Positions 25,964-38,720 of a DNA stretch of 64,000 bases are shown here, piece after piece. Every line of letters starts with the position of its first letter. Position 1 is the stretch's first letter. The notes under the pieces were generated by a model. That model was not told the origin of the DNA. It saw nothing but the letters and a program-made list of their open reading frames with translations, and did not search any database. The stretch is from Eledone cirrhosa (lineage: Eukaryota). The stretch is taken from positions 186,248,001 through 186,312,000 of the forward strand of contig OZ024743.1 of assembly GCA_964016885.1 (NCBI GenBank). The letters run 5' to 3'. A program made the position numbers and the translations under genes.

Positions 25964-26705
25964 CTGAAAAGACAAACCAAAAACATAATATATAGAAAAA
26001 AACTGAATGCAATATGAATGTTCATATATAAACACTACTTAGACTGGGGTGTAGCGTCTATCCATCCCCCTCTCTCTGTCTTTCGTTGCTTAAATTCTTT
26101 CTTCTTTTTCTTCTTTTCATTTCCTTTCTGTTTGTTCCCTTCAATAGTGTGTTTTGTTTTTGTATAAACAGCTTTGTAAAATAAAACTTGAATTCATTGA
26201 ATCACAAAACAAATTTAAGAAACAAAACAAAAAAGAGTTCCTTCTGAACAAAGGGCATTTAGGACATATGTCATAATGTTCAAAAGAAACTCGTAAACAC
26301 CTTGAAAAAAAAATGCAAGTGTTTACTTCTGTTTCAGTTAAAACAAGACAGAAATGATGCCTGCAAGCTATTATTAAATCCTTTCTATTGTTAGAAGTTA
26401 GATTGTCACTTTGTACAAAATTGTGTTTAATCCTTTAATGGAGAAATGTTTTGACACCCAGGGCAGTAAGTTCTGTTCAGAGTTAATGCTATAAGCTTAA
26501 GTGTTATTGGAGGCCTTGCTCTGACAGTCAGGAATTAATAAAACTTTTCAAAATTTCGTCAGTAAATTTTTTCTCTATGTCTGCAGTTTTGTCTATAAAC
26601 TTGCAGTTTAAAAAAAAAATGTTGAAGTATATATACTTTTTATTATATTTACAGATAATGACACAATAAGAAACTGAGTTGACTGGTATGTATGTATGTA
26701 TCTGC

Positions 26706-26743
<38 letters not shown>

Positions 26744-26818
26744 CAAAATTTGTTTTTGCTCTAACATGGTGGATACTTAAATGTATTCGCGAGTAAATAA
26801 TAATAATATTATAATAAT

Positions 26819-27220
26819 TGTTTCGACTTTTGGCACAAGGCCAGCAATTACCCAGTATATTACTGGTACTTTATTTTATCGACCCCGTAAGGATGAAAGG
26901 CAAAGTTAACCTCGGCGGGATTTGAACTCAGAATGGAAAGGGCCATAACTGTTTGCGTCAAAGCATGGCGTCCGACCCTCTACCAATACTGCCAATCCAC
27001 CATGGTTTCTTATATAGACACAAGGCCAGCAATTTTGGGGGAGGGGAAAGTCGATTAAATTGACCCCAGTGCATGACTGGTACTTTATTTTATCGACCCC
27101 ATAAGAATGAAAGGTAAAGTCAACCTCAGCAGGATTTGAATTCTGAACGTAAAGGGTCGTAACTCTATACTACAAAGCATGGTGTCCGACTCTCTACCGA
27201 AACTTCCAATCCACCGCCCT
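26819..27220 (-). mobile_element. SINE dimer (long + short subtype)
   Basis: Two cores, with taataatattataataat on both outer flanks. Confidence 0.82.
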
Positions 27221-27789
27221 TAATAATATTATAATAATAACACAATGTGTATTTTCTAAATGACTGATGTCATCCTTTTGTTCCAGCAGTAGCAGAGAGA
27301 AACCAGTTGACAATTGTTTCGGAGTTGTTGCTCCTTATCAAGACTGTGTATCCTCTCATCATTGCTACCTGCTGGAAATGCTGGGAATACATAGTATTCA
27401 CTGATTAGCCTAATTTGCATACCGAGCAATTTTACAGCCAGCTTTGCCACTCTTCCCTACATGTCTTAGTCCTTGGTATCCTTTTACATCACGGATCACA
27501 GGCCTGATGCACCATGACTGAGCAGAGTTTGATTTTATGCCTTGGGACCAGTTTACCCACTGGACTCAACTCCTTTCCCCAATTTCTTTAATCATACACA
27601 CATACTCTCGGCTTACTTCTCTACCCCTTGTCACTGTCACTGTCACACACGTATATTCACCCCCTAGTTTCCTATGGCTCTGTTATGGTCAGAAACATAC
27701 ACTCATACAGCTTATACTGACCAACAAATAACACACACACACACATCTCTATATTTACCTTCACAGCACTGTACACACACAACCTCATA

Positions 27790-28218
27790 TACACACACAT
27801 TTGCTCATAGCTTCGTACTTACAAATACACACACACATTTGCTCATAGCTTCGTACTTACAAATACACACACACATTTGCTCATAGCTTCGTACTTACAA
27901 ATACACACACACATTTGCTCATAGCTTCGTACTTACAAATACACATACACATTTGCTCATAGCTTCGTACTTACAAATACACACACACATTTGCTCATAG
28001 CTTCGTACTTACAAATACACACACACATTTGCTCATAGCTTCGTACTTACAAATACACATACACATTTGCTCATAGCTTCGTACTTACAAATACACACAC
28101 ACATTTGCTCATAGCTTCGTACTTACAAATACACACACACATTTGCTCATAGCTTCGTACTTACAAATACACACACACATTTGCTCATAGCTTCGTACTT
28201 TCAAATACACATACACAC
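27790..28218. repeat. 38-bp minisatellite, ~11 copies
   Basis: Unit ttgctcatagcttcgtacttacaaatacacacacacat. Confidence 0.95.
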
Positions 28219-28719
28219 ACTTTTACTTACATATACACACATATATCCTCTTAACTTCATACGGACATATAAACACACACACATGTATACGCACGCACAT
28301 ACATACAGCTCTATATACAAAACGTTTTTTTCCCCCTTTCAGATAGATGCGCTCCATCACCACCTTTTCAAAAAAAGTATATCATACACAAAATGCCAGC
28401 ATCAATAGTTTTCCAAGAGATAGCAACATGAATGTGCCTGTTATTTTTCTCTAAAAATTTTTTTATCCATTTCCACCCTGCCCGTATTCGCAATCTTTTT
28501 ATTTCTTCTTTAATTTCTCATTCTATTTTCTGATGAAGGATCACCATCAGAAACGTTAAGACACTTTTCCTACTATATCAAGTGTAAAACTAATAATATA
28601 TTTCTTTATTGTACTGTGTCGTTTGTTTTGTTATTTCTGTTTGCCTTTTGCACACACACATACACACACCATCATCATCATCATCATTTTACGTCTGCTT
28701 TTCCCTGCTTGCAAGGGTG

Positions 28720-28790
<71 letters not shown>

Positions 28791-28987
28791 CATATGTGTG
28801 TGTGTGTGTGTGTGTGTTTGTGTATGTATATATTTATATGAAAAGGTTTTTTATATTTTAATTTTGGTAAATAACTTGATCATTAGTACAAAAAACCAAT
28901 CATGCATGGCATACTTTTGAGTAAACTGAAAATCAAAATCTCATCCTTAATCTCCCCCCCCCCCACTCAACTGCAGTGGATTGGCAT

Positions 28988-29400
28988 AGGGCGGTGGATT
29001 GGCAGTAACGGTAGAGAGTTGGACGCCATGCTTTGAAGCATAGAGTGTCATCCCTTTATGATCTGAGTTCAAATCCCACTGAAGTTAGCATTGCCTTTCA
29101 TCCTTACAGGGTCGATAAAATAAAGAACCAGTCATGCACTGGGGTCGATCTAATCGACTTTCCCCTTCCCCAGAATTGTTGGCCTTGTGCCTAACCATTA
29201 TTTATTTCCAGGGATTGGATTGGCAGTATCGGTAGAGGGTCGGACGCCATGCTTTCCAGCATAGTTACGTCCCTTTACGATCTGAGTTCAAATCCCGCCG
29301 AGGTTGACTTTGCCTTTCATCCTTACGGGGTCGATAAAATAAAGTACCAGTAATGCACTGGGTAATTGCTGGCCTTGTGCCTAAAGTAGAAACAATTATT
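28988..29400 (+). mobile_element. Two adjacent SINEs (long then short subtype)
   Basis: Two cores. The second is flanked by the duplication attatttatttccaggga. Confidence 0.82.
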
Positions 29401-30299
29401 TATTTCCAGGGACTATGTTGATAAATAAACTTCATTTGGTCATTCCATGAGAATATCTTGGTCAGCGCATGGACTTTTCTGCCGACCCTCATAGAGTAAG
29501 AAGTGTGCTAGCAGCTGAAGTATATAATAAAGTTATATCTGTATAAATACAGAGTGTGTAACCAAGACTGCACCAATGTCTATAAATATATACATATACC
29601 TAATATGTAGGCATGTAAACATCTTTAATCAATTTTCATTCTATATATCTTACACACAAAGAGTAGCATCTTGGACTTGTCAGTACTGATCAATTTTATG
29701 GGTCTACTTCCTCACTTCCTCATTTCTACCCCCAGTTCCTGCACACCTCACATTCAGCTACCAGTCCTCTCTGTTTCTTGAAGGTTACCTCTATAACCCA
29801 GCACCTCCTATCACTCTTGATAGCTCTCTCAGAAAACAACATGTAGCTACCACTATTCCTATAGTATCACTCCCATCATACTCTCATCTACCACCCCACT
29901 CCCATCACTGCCCCTATCTGCTTGGCTAAAGACACAACAATCAATCTAGTATTAATGACATATTGGAAAGCACTCTGTACATGTTGGCACTGTTGTCATG
30001 ACAAAATGCTCCCCCACCCACTTTGTAAAGTGACACTGCTGGTGTCACAATAGAAAGCACCCAATACACTCAGTAAAGTGGTAGAACTGGCACAATGATA
30101 AAATGCATCTAGTACATGCTATAATGTGATTGATGTTAGGAAGAGCACCCAGCCATAGAAACCATGCTAAACTGGAAAGTATAAGCAGGATGTGGTCATC
30201 TAACCTTTGAGAACAGCCTCCAAGTATCCCTGTTCATTTAATGTTATCTACCAAACGAGCCACAAGGCACTGATTAATAGCACTGATAATGATTACAGG

Positions 30300-30530
30300 C
30301 TTCAAGATGTCTCTAAATAAATGTAAAAATGATCTAAATATAAAGATCTTGAAATAGAGATAATCAAAATGTAGAAATAGAAACAATACCTTTAATAATG
30401 GGTGCTGTGCAAATGTTTAAAAATCATGAAGATAAATACACAACCCAAACCCCAGGAATTACAAATATGCATAACATACAGAAAATACTGTGACTATGCA
30501 CTGCACATTTGTAGAATACTTTCAATACAA
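30300..30530 (+). mobile_element. Degenerate R4/Dong 3' fragment
   Basis: tctaaatataaagatcttgaaatagag encodes SKYKDLEIE, as in the C-terminus of ORF 543-3635. Confidence 0.65.
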
Positions 30531-30685
30531 TTGAAAATACAAAACAGAAACTCTGCACAGAGCAGCACTTACTAGTGCAGTGAATGGATGCAATATATGA
30601 CTATAAAAAATATTTTTATTGGCCTCAAGAGCAACATTTCTGAAAATTAGCAAGAAATAATAAATAACAAATAACACAAACTTAC

Positions 30686-30750
30686 TTCCTACATCAAATG
30701 GTACTTTTAATTTCAGATTTCCATACTTTTCTGGAAATACTAGTGCCAGG
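30686..30750 (-). CDS. CACNA2D: alpha-2/delta exon (SLALVFPEKYGNLKLKVPFDVG)
   Basis: ttttccag/gtaagt boundaries. The SLALV-x-P motif follows GFPF from the upstream exon. Confidence 0.87.
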
Positions 30751-31129
30751 CTGGAAAATATTATTTTAAAAGAAAGACCAATAATATAAATATACACACA
30801 AATAATTAAGAAAAAAATCATAAACTCATTTTTGAAATAACTAATTAGAAAACAGAAATTAATAAAATTAAAATAAAATAAAATTACAATTTACTCATCA
30901 AATATAAAATTTACAGTCATGTCAAATATTTACACAATTAAACGTTTTATTTGACAATTCTTATTAAGTTAAGGGCTGAAACATTTGCTTGAGGGGGCTT
31001 TCCTCGCTGAAGACCTGCTGTCCAGCTTTTCTGAGAGTTTTTTTACTACTAAGACTATATTTGCTTGATCATGTGGATTGTTTTATGCCAAAGATGTATT
31101 ACCATACTGTATGGTAATACAGCTTTGGG

Positions 31130-31358
31130 AGTGATGGTGATGATGTTGGTTGTGGTAGTGGTGGTAGTGATGGTGGTAGTGGTGGTAGTGATGGTAGTGA
31201 TGGTGGTGGTGGTGATAGTGGTAATAGTGGTTGAGATGGGTGGTGGTAGTGGTGGCACTGATGCTAATGGTAGTGGTAGTAGTGTTTGAGATGGTAGTGG
31301 TAGTGATGGTGGAGGTAGTGGTGGCAGAGATGGTGGTGGTGGTGGTGGTGGTGGTGGT
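31130..31358. repeat. Degenerate (GGT/GAT/AGT)n tract
   Basis: Low-complexity trinucleotide sequence. Confidence 0.85.
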
Positions 31359-32920
31359 ACCCATAAATCTTGATGGAATTGTAAGAGTGTGTAGTGTCTT
31401 GGGGAATTTTAGACCTGGCAGAGCTCATCCCCTTTCCATGTCTCAACACAGTTGATATCTTCCAGAGTATAGAGATAGTGAAAGAGAAGAAGAAGTGAGT
31501 AAGAGGCATAGAGGAAGAATCAACTCCAGTACTAGACTAGTGTAGAATTTGAACTCAGGGTGCAGAGTGCCAGAATAAATAATGTAAAGCATTCTATACA
31601 ACATTCTAATGACTTTGCAAATTTGCTGCTTTATTATCATAAAGTAATAATATCTGTAATCCTTGTTTTAATAAGAGGAGAGCTTATATCAAGTAACCTC
31701 ACATTTTGGAGTTCATATCTATATTACATGGACATGCACATACTTGAACAGTTGTAAATAAATAAATCTATTCAACTACAAAAAATCTTTTTCAGAGTAT
31801 ATTATACTTAAACTAGAAAACAAACAAAAATTAATCAAAAAGCAAAATAAAAAGCTAGAATGAAAAAAAAACTTTAAAATAATGCAAGGGGAATAACTCT
31901 CATAAGTAACCACGAGTAGGATAACTTGTGGCATTTTGTACAGATTCGATAGTATTTGATATAACTGGCATGTAGGTGGATGTTTGCAGTTGTATATGGA
32001 TGTAAGAAATCATCATTATCATTTTTATGTCTCCTCTACATACTAGCATGGGTTGGATAGGTTGTCATGGTCCAATTCAGTTATTATTCAGAGTTACTGC
32101 CCTCCTAGATGGGGCACTAGATGACGTCTTTCCCGTATATTCCATTTTGGGTTTCTATGGTTGAATGCCCTATCTAATACCTACTACAAACAATGTACTG
32201 TCTACATTTTGTCATGGCACTAACACCTTCTTCTTCTTCTTCTTCTTCTCCTCCTCCTCTCACTTATTCCTGGGAGGGTTGTTCGAGGCAGAGTCTTGAA
32301 ACATGCCTTCCAGCATGTTCTGTCTCCAATTGATCTGGCTGGATCCTCAACCAAGACCAACAAAGCCCATGGATGTTATCCAACCATCTTGCTTGTGGTC
32401 TCAATCTGGGTCTCTTTGTTAGTTGGAAATAAAAAAGAAACTTATCTCAAAGAAATATCAATAGCATAGCTCAAATGAGGTTCTCTTGAGATGATATAAT
32501 CTGGTTATGTGATATTAGTATAGATTTTTGTTAAAGTGCTCTAGGTGCAAAACAGTAAACCCCATACACCTCAAGTTGCTTTAAGGACAGGTGTTTTTCT
32601 TAACTTTCATGGTGTTAAACATGAGAAACAAATCTCCTTTTTTGAAAAGAACACTGGTGCAGTACAACAAAAGAAGGGTATCCAGCTGTAGAAAGACTGT
32701 CAAACAAGGAGTTGGGAGGACCCTTCAGTTTGTGTCAAAAGACATGACAACTTTTCTGCACTTGATATGACTGTACATAAGCAGGATACAGACCCTTTGG
32801 CCTATCTGGGAGGTTAGTAGCCCAGCTTCAGTACTGACTTGGTCTATGTAGATCCATTCAACCCTTGCTAGCAGGGAAAGTGGATGTTAAATGATGGGGA
32901 TGATGATGATGATATATATG

Positions 32921-32951
32921 GAAGAAGAAGAAGAAGAAGAAGAAGAAGAAG

Positions 32952-32980
<29 letters not shown>
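32921..32980 (+). repeat. (GAA)20 microsatellite
   Basis: Perfect tract, 31 bp from the exon donor at 33011. Confidence 0.95.
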
Positions 32981-32982
<2 letters not shown>

Positions 32983-33011
32983 GTAGGGCTGTAGACACAG
33001 CGAAATCTTAC

Positions 33012-33073
33012 CTGAAAGGAAATCCAGCTATATTGTTATAGTAGTAGTGGTAACGTCTTTTAGAAACCCGAAT
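33012..33073 (-). CDS. CACNA2D: alpha-2/delta exon (IRVSKRRYHYYYNNIAGFPF)
   Basis: tttttgcag/gtaaga boundaries. Resembles the RV....N-x-Y-Y-Y-x-x-I-x-G-T-P-F-S motif. Confidence 0.88.
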
Positions 33074-34189
33074 CTGCAAAAATCAGTAAAGGTGATGTAT
33101 TAGTATATAATATATATATGTCTGTCTCACCCTCTCTAAGTTTGTACTTGCATAAAAACCTGAAAATAATAATGCAAACTGACTTGTATTTTCCAAATGT
33201 AATTGATTAGTGGTACAGTGAAGATCTGTAAGATATTCCAAAGTTTCAACATTTAAGGTTCCTGGAATGAACATACGTACATAATCACATAATGAACATA
33301 TGTACATAATCACATACATGCACACATACATAAAGAGTAATCATACTCTCAAAGAAATAAGCCCATGCATAACATGTGTGCAAGTACATACACCCACATA
33401 TGTACACACACTAGCACACATATTTTGAATTCCCTAGAACTGTCTTGACACAAGACAGTTTGTGACTAGCTTGAATTTCACAAAGGAGAGCTTAAATAAA
33501 TAAAAAAGAATGCACACATACATACATACATTTTTTTTTGAGCAAGAGACTGCTAGTCTTCATTAAGACATCTCTGTAGGAGAAGGTCAATCTGATATAA
33601 AACTGGTGATTTCGTTTGTATTCAATGATGTAGACCGGTTCTACTTTTGGGTAAATGTATTTGATGTTCAGAGAGTGGGACTGACTCCGTGTAAAGCCTT
33701 TCCTCACTTAAAAAAGGTTGAAGGACAAGCATTACTTGATATGTAACATTTTTTGTGATGCATGACATGGCAGGACTAAAAAAGCCATGCCTGTGATGTT
33801 CATGCTTAAGTATCAAGTGATTGCATTACTCGAAATTGAGTTGCAGCCATCATCATCATCATCATGTACGTATGTATGTATGTAATTGTGTATGTATGTA
33901 TGTCATCAGCATTTAATGTCCATTTCCCCTGCTAGCAAGGGTTGGACAAGTTGTCAGAGACAAAATCAGTACTCAAGTAGAGCTGCTGACCTCTCAGATG
34001 GGCTGAGACCCTGCATCACACTTACATGTTCCTGCACTCTAATGAGAGCATTTTTTGTGGAACTAGTAGTAGAAAGTCTTTGACAAGACAGATGTGTTCT
34101 CCCAGCACTTTGTTTGGCATGTTTTCTATGGCTGGATTCTCTTATTGTTACTATAATGATCATGATCATCATTATCACAAATATATATA

Positions 34190-36002
34190 GTAATAATAAT
34201 AAATTTGAAGACTAAAATCCAAAGAGGGCTCGATAAGGATAGATATATATCAAATATATAAGAACCGTAGAGCAAATATTTATTAAAATAACAGATTAAA
34301 GTTTAAGCAAAGAATCGCTGCTTTCACCCTTAACGGGATCTTCTGAAACTAACAAAGTCAATCTGTAAACGCAGAACGTTGCAACCGGAGGAAGACAGGA
34401 AGACGATACTTTGGTTCGTGGTAACGTTCGCTGGCAAAGAACGGGAAAAAACGAATAATACGTCATTAATAGGAGCGGTGAAAAACAATTACGCGCAAAG
34501 ACAGAACCACGTTTATGGTATAAAAGAGGTCGTAGACTAATGTTCTCTTAGGTGGTGCATAGAGACGTTCTCTGGCAATGAACGAAAAAACGAGGATAAT
34601 ACGTCAATGTGGAACGTGGAGAACAATAGCACGCAAAGACAAAACCACGTAAATGGTATAGCAGAAGTCGTAGACTAAAATTCTAACTAGGAGACCAAAT
34701 GAATCTCCGCTACAGAGTTAAGAACAAAGTAAATAAATACAATACAGAAGTAATAGAAATAAATAAATACATACACGCAAACAAATACGTACATACACAA
34801 GCATACGCAAAACCTTACCATAGGTATACAAAACCACGAACATATAAATATGTGTGTGTGTATACAAATAAATAATTATATAAACGTATATAAACAAATA
34901 CATACGTATATAACAAGCGCACACACATACCCACATATAAATACACGAATGTTCGGAGACGTAAGTCAACTAAAACAAGAAATACACATATACACACACC
35001 CATCATACGTACGAACCTGCATACTTACACAGACGCAAAACTCTCGTATTCACATAGCCAAACCCTATGTACCAGAATATATAAAAAAATTATACGCCAT
35101 AACAATCAAATATACGTACGAGAAGGTACACGTACCTTCACAAAACATACGGGTAATATATACTTACCTATGCAAATAAGTAAAGGAATAAACAAAACAT
35201 ATTCTTAGCTCCCACATCAAGACGTAAAATATCCACGTATAGATCGTACTATCCGTTAGGGTATAACGTGGGGCTGTAATACAGGAAAGTTTTGTGCAAT
35301 TTATGTTTACAAGCCGAAATTGCCTCAGATTTTTTGTTTAAGATGTGGTCTGTGGCGTAGAGTATTTCCAGGGCCTCAGCGGCGCAGAGGTCACATGGTC
35401 TTTTATTTCCGTTATACGATCTAGCCCTAGCTAGGATCTCCCAGTGTAACTTATATTGGGTGTGGTTGTCTTTTAGACTCCAGATATAAGCTGAAAGTGA
35501 CGTCATATTCCTTCTTAGAGGGTAACGAAAAGAATGGGTATGCATGTAAAGACGCTGCTTGAAACTATTGGCGGTTAACCCTATGCAAGCCCTACGGGAC
35601 GTGGGTGTTACAACCTTACATTTGTAGACAATGTTACTAGAGAGGCATTTCCCGGATAGGAGGCAATCAGCCCGATTCCTACAATTACAGTTAGTACTAA
35701 CTACAGGGTTGCACGTGTTCATACGGCTAGGTAGTTTAGCTAAATTTGAAGCTGTGATGTTATGTGCAAGGTTAGGAGTCGTAGAGTAAGAAATTTTAAT
35801 AGTATTTCTATTAAAAATTTTACTATATTTATGTGTAGGGGGAAAATGCTTCGTAATAAGGGAAAGAAAGATCTTAGCTAATGGTGTGGCCACCTCCATA
35901 TTATATGGCGGGTTATACCAACAAATGCGACGGGATCTATTTCTTCTAGGTCTATTTTCGTACTCTTATGCTTAAACTTTAATCTGTTATTTTAATAAAT
36001 AT
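34190..36002 (-). mobile_element. 5'-truncated Penelope-like element with inverted pseudo-LTR fragment
   Basis: GIY-YIG ORF. 34276-34309 is the reverse complement of 35969-36002. (TA)n flanks. Confidence 0.85.
35249..35899 (-). CDS. Penelope linker + GIY-YIG endonuclease (partial, YIG reads CIG)
   Basis: CNCRNRADCLLSGKC, NIVYKC...CIGLTANSFKQR..H, CDLCAAE, ILNKKSE. Confidence 0.82.
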   Translation of the reverse strand: MEVATPLAKIFLSLITKHFPPTHKYSKIFNRNTIKISYSTTPNLAHNITASNLAKLPSRMNTCNPVVSTNCNCRNRADCLLSGKCLSSNIVYKCKVVTPTSRRACIGLTANSFKQRLYMHTHSFRYPLRRNMTSLSAYIWSLKDNHTQYKLHWEILARARSYNGNKRPCDLCAAEALEILYATDHILNKKSEAISACKHKLHKTFLYYSPTLYPNG

Positions 36003-36130
36003 ATATATATATATATATATATACTTGGGGAGGGTCATATTTGTGTAATATTGCCAGAATTAATAACAGAACACACTCACTGTTTGGTTGGTTTTCGCTT
36101 CTCGCTGTCTTTTATATCTGCTGTTTTCTG

Positions 36131-36223
<93 letters not shown>

Positions 36224-36239
36224 TATATACATATATATG

Positions 36240-36295
<56 letters not shown>

Positions 36296-36729
36296 TCGTG
36301 GGTTCAATATGCGGTAACCACGGTAAATAAGGTACTCAATACATAGTAGAGTATATACAAGAGTTAATAAAGAAATGATTTTTACAGGACTATAATTGTT
36401 TCATTCAAAGGAAATCACCAGGAAAGCCCTGATTTCCTTCGAATGAAACAATTCTAGTCCTGTAGAAGCCATTTCTATATTAAATCGTATATATATATAT
36501 ATTAACCTGTAAATTTAAAACTCCATAGATTACCCATATTAAATTGATTTATCTTACTTGGTAACACAACTGATATCAACTAGGTATTAGTGGTAAACAA
36601 TACAATTGAATACACTGAGCACAACCAAACAAGTAAGTTGCCCTATCCTTTTTGAACATGCATTTTCCCTACAATATAAAATTGGTAGCTGCTACAAAAA
36701 CCTGATGTCTGAAATTTAGTTCCCATATA

Positions 36730-37266
36730 TCTATAATATAATAAAAGGAGGAGTGTGGAACAGCGTCTATTTTACATTTTTTTTTATCCCGTTTGAATAA
36801 ATGATGAAAGAATATTATGTAATTTATCTACTAAATTTCGTAGTTGTTGATTAAACATAAATATTCTTACATATAATGATTGCTTATTTTAAGATTCACT
36901 TCTTTATAATTTTCAAATGTCAACGCTTCCGGTTAGTGTCCGTTATATTATAATACTTATTACATCACTTATATAAACCTTCATATATTTGCATCATTAT
37001 ATAAGGTTTATGTTTCCGTCGTTCATTTTCTCCTTTTTCGTTTTCATAACATTTTAGTTTATTATATATGGAGTTTATATATAATATCGTCTTTTTTAAA
37101 TGTATCATGGTTTACTTTACTGATTACAGAAGACAGTGTAACACAGACTTCATTCAATTTCTGTGTATATTGTCAATTACAATTTCTTTTGACGCATCAT
37201 ATCTATATGCATATATATTTGCATATAATATCAATATGTACACTAGACATGCTAGCAGAAAACCAG
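36730..37266 (+). mobile_element. Non-autonomous Helitron, 3' hairpin truncated
   Basis: Starts A|TCTATAATATAATAAAAG and shares its 3' region with 10791-11270. Confidence 0.65.
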
Positions 37267-37447
37267 TTTGATATAGATAATTATTACCCTTCTATCATCA
37301 AAACCATACTTCTAAAACAAGGTAATACTTTATGGTATGAAAACACTAGTGAAATTTGAAGAGTTTCTCTGGATAAAAGCATTGTTTACTAATCCCTTTG
37401 ATGCTAGTACTAATGCCAGTAATTAAAAGAGGACAACATTAATAAGC

Positions 37448-37502
<55 letters not shown>

Positions 37503-37512
37503 GTATATATAT

Positions 37513-37580
<68 letters not shown>

Positions 37581-37749
37581 GTATATATATTGTGTGTATA
37601 TATATATATTGTGTATATATATGTGTGTGTGTGTGGTGTGCATATATATGTGTATGTAATGTATATATATATATATATACTGTATAAAATGCAAGAAAAA
37701 TCCCCTATGTTTTGATGAGGTCTATATACAGATTTATTACCATGACCAA

Positions 37750-38720
37750 CGGCAAACCTCACACCCTGGACCATATAAAGAAGCATCTACATTTATTTTT
37801 TATGGACCTATATTTTAAGGTCACTGTTCGGTCTAATCTTGGCTCTGTAAATGTTTAGATCGGATTCTAAATTTAGAAATTGGCCTATACTGCACATAGC
37901 AAAATCTAAACATTTCCCTGCACTGCATACACAGATTAATAACTCACCATATGTTCATAAAAACTCAATAAAATATGTTGCTCTTAGAATTTCTAATATT
38001 TTGGTTACTGACCAAATCTTTGATTGCCATGTTCTTTACTACAATGATACTCTCCAATACAACAAGCTTGCTTCCAGCATCTTTTATACCCCACTCAATA
38101 ACACTAGGCACACTGACAGTAATAGATCTAGAAGCATTGCATACTATAATCCATCACATTATGCAGAAGTGGCAACTTTAATCACCAAGATATTCTTCTC
38201 ATTACTGTACCACAAGTACTACAATAGCTTTCTTATTCCTCTACACCAAACCTATTATAAAATACAGCATTGACATACCTAGTTAAACATAATAGAATTC
38301 ACAATAAAAGACATCTTGTTAAGACCAGATATTTAGATTGCAGCTGAACTGCTCCCAATGACTGCTCTCTTCACTTCCATTGCTTGGATAAGAGAATTAT
38401 GCTTCGAAGGCCAACTCTATAAATAAAGCTTATACAGGCTTCCCACCCAACACTTTTAAACTGAGATACATTCAACATCTAACCTCATTTCACAAGCTAG
38501 CATGAAGGCACTGCAGAGTCACTATCCAGCTTTATATAGCAACTTAAAGAAAACCAACAGGTGACTTCCAGTGCTCAACAAGTGCTGTGCCATATATAAA
38601 AATAAAGAAGTCATGCAACTTGTGCATAGAAGAGGCCATACAGATTCTTTTCACAAAAGCATTCTTCTTAAAAAAAAAGGATTTTCATAACATGGAATAA
38701 CAAACGCAAAATGATGAGAA
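37750..38720 (+). mobile_element. Old degenerate Penelope-like fragment
   Basis: NRSRSIAYYNPSHYAEVATLITKIFFSL parallels NRSRRICWYNPPYNMEVATPLAKIFLSL of the 35.9 kb copy. A remnant AYTGFPPNTFKLR follows. Confidence 0.65.
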
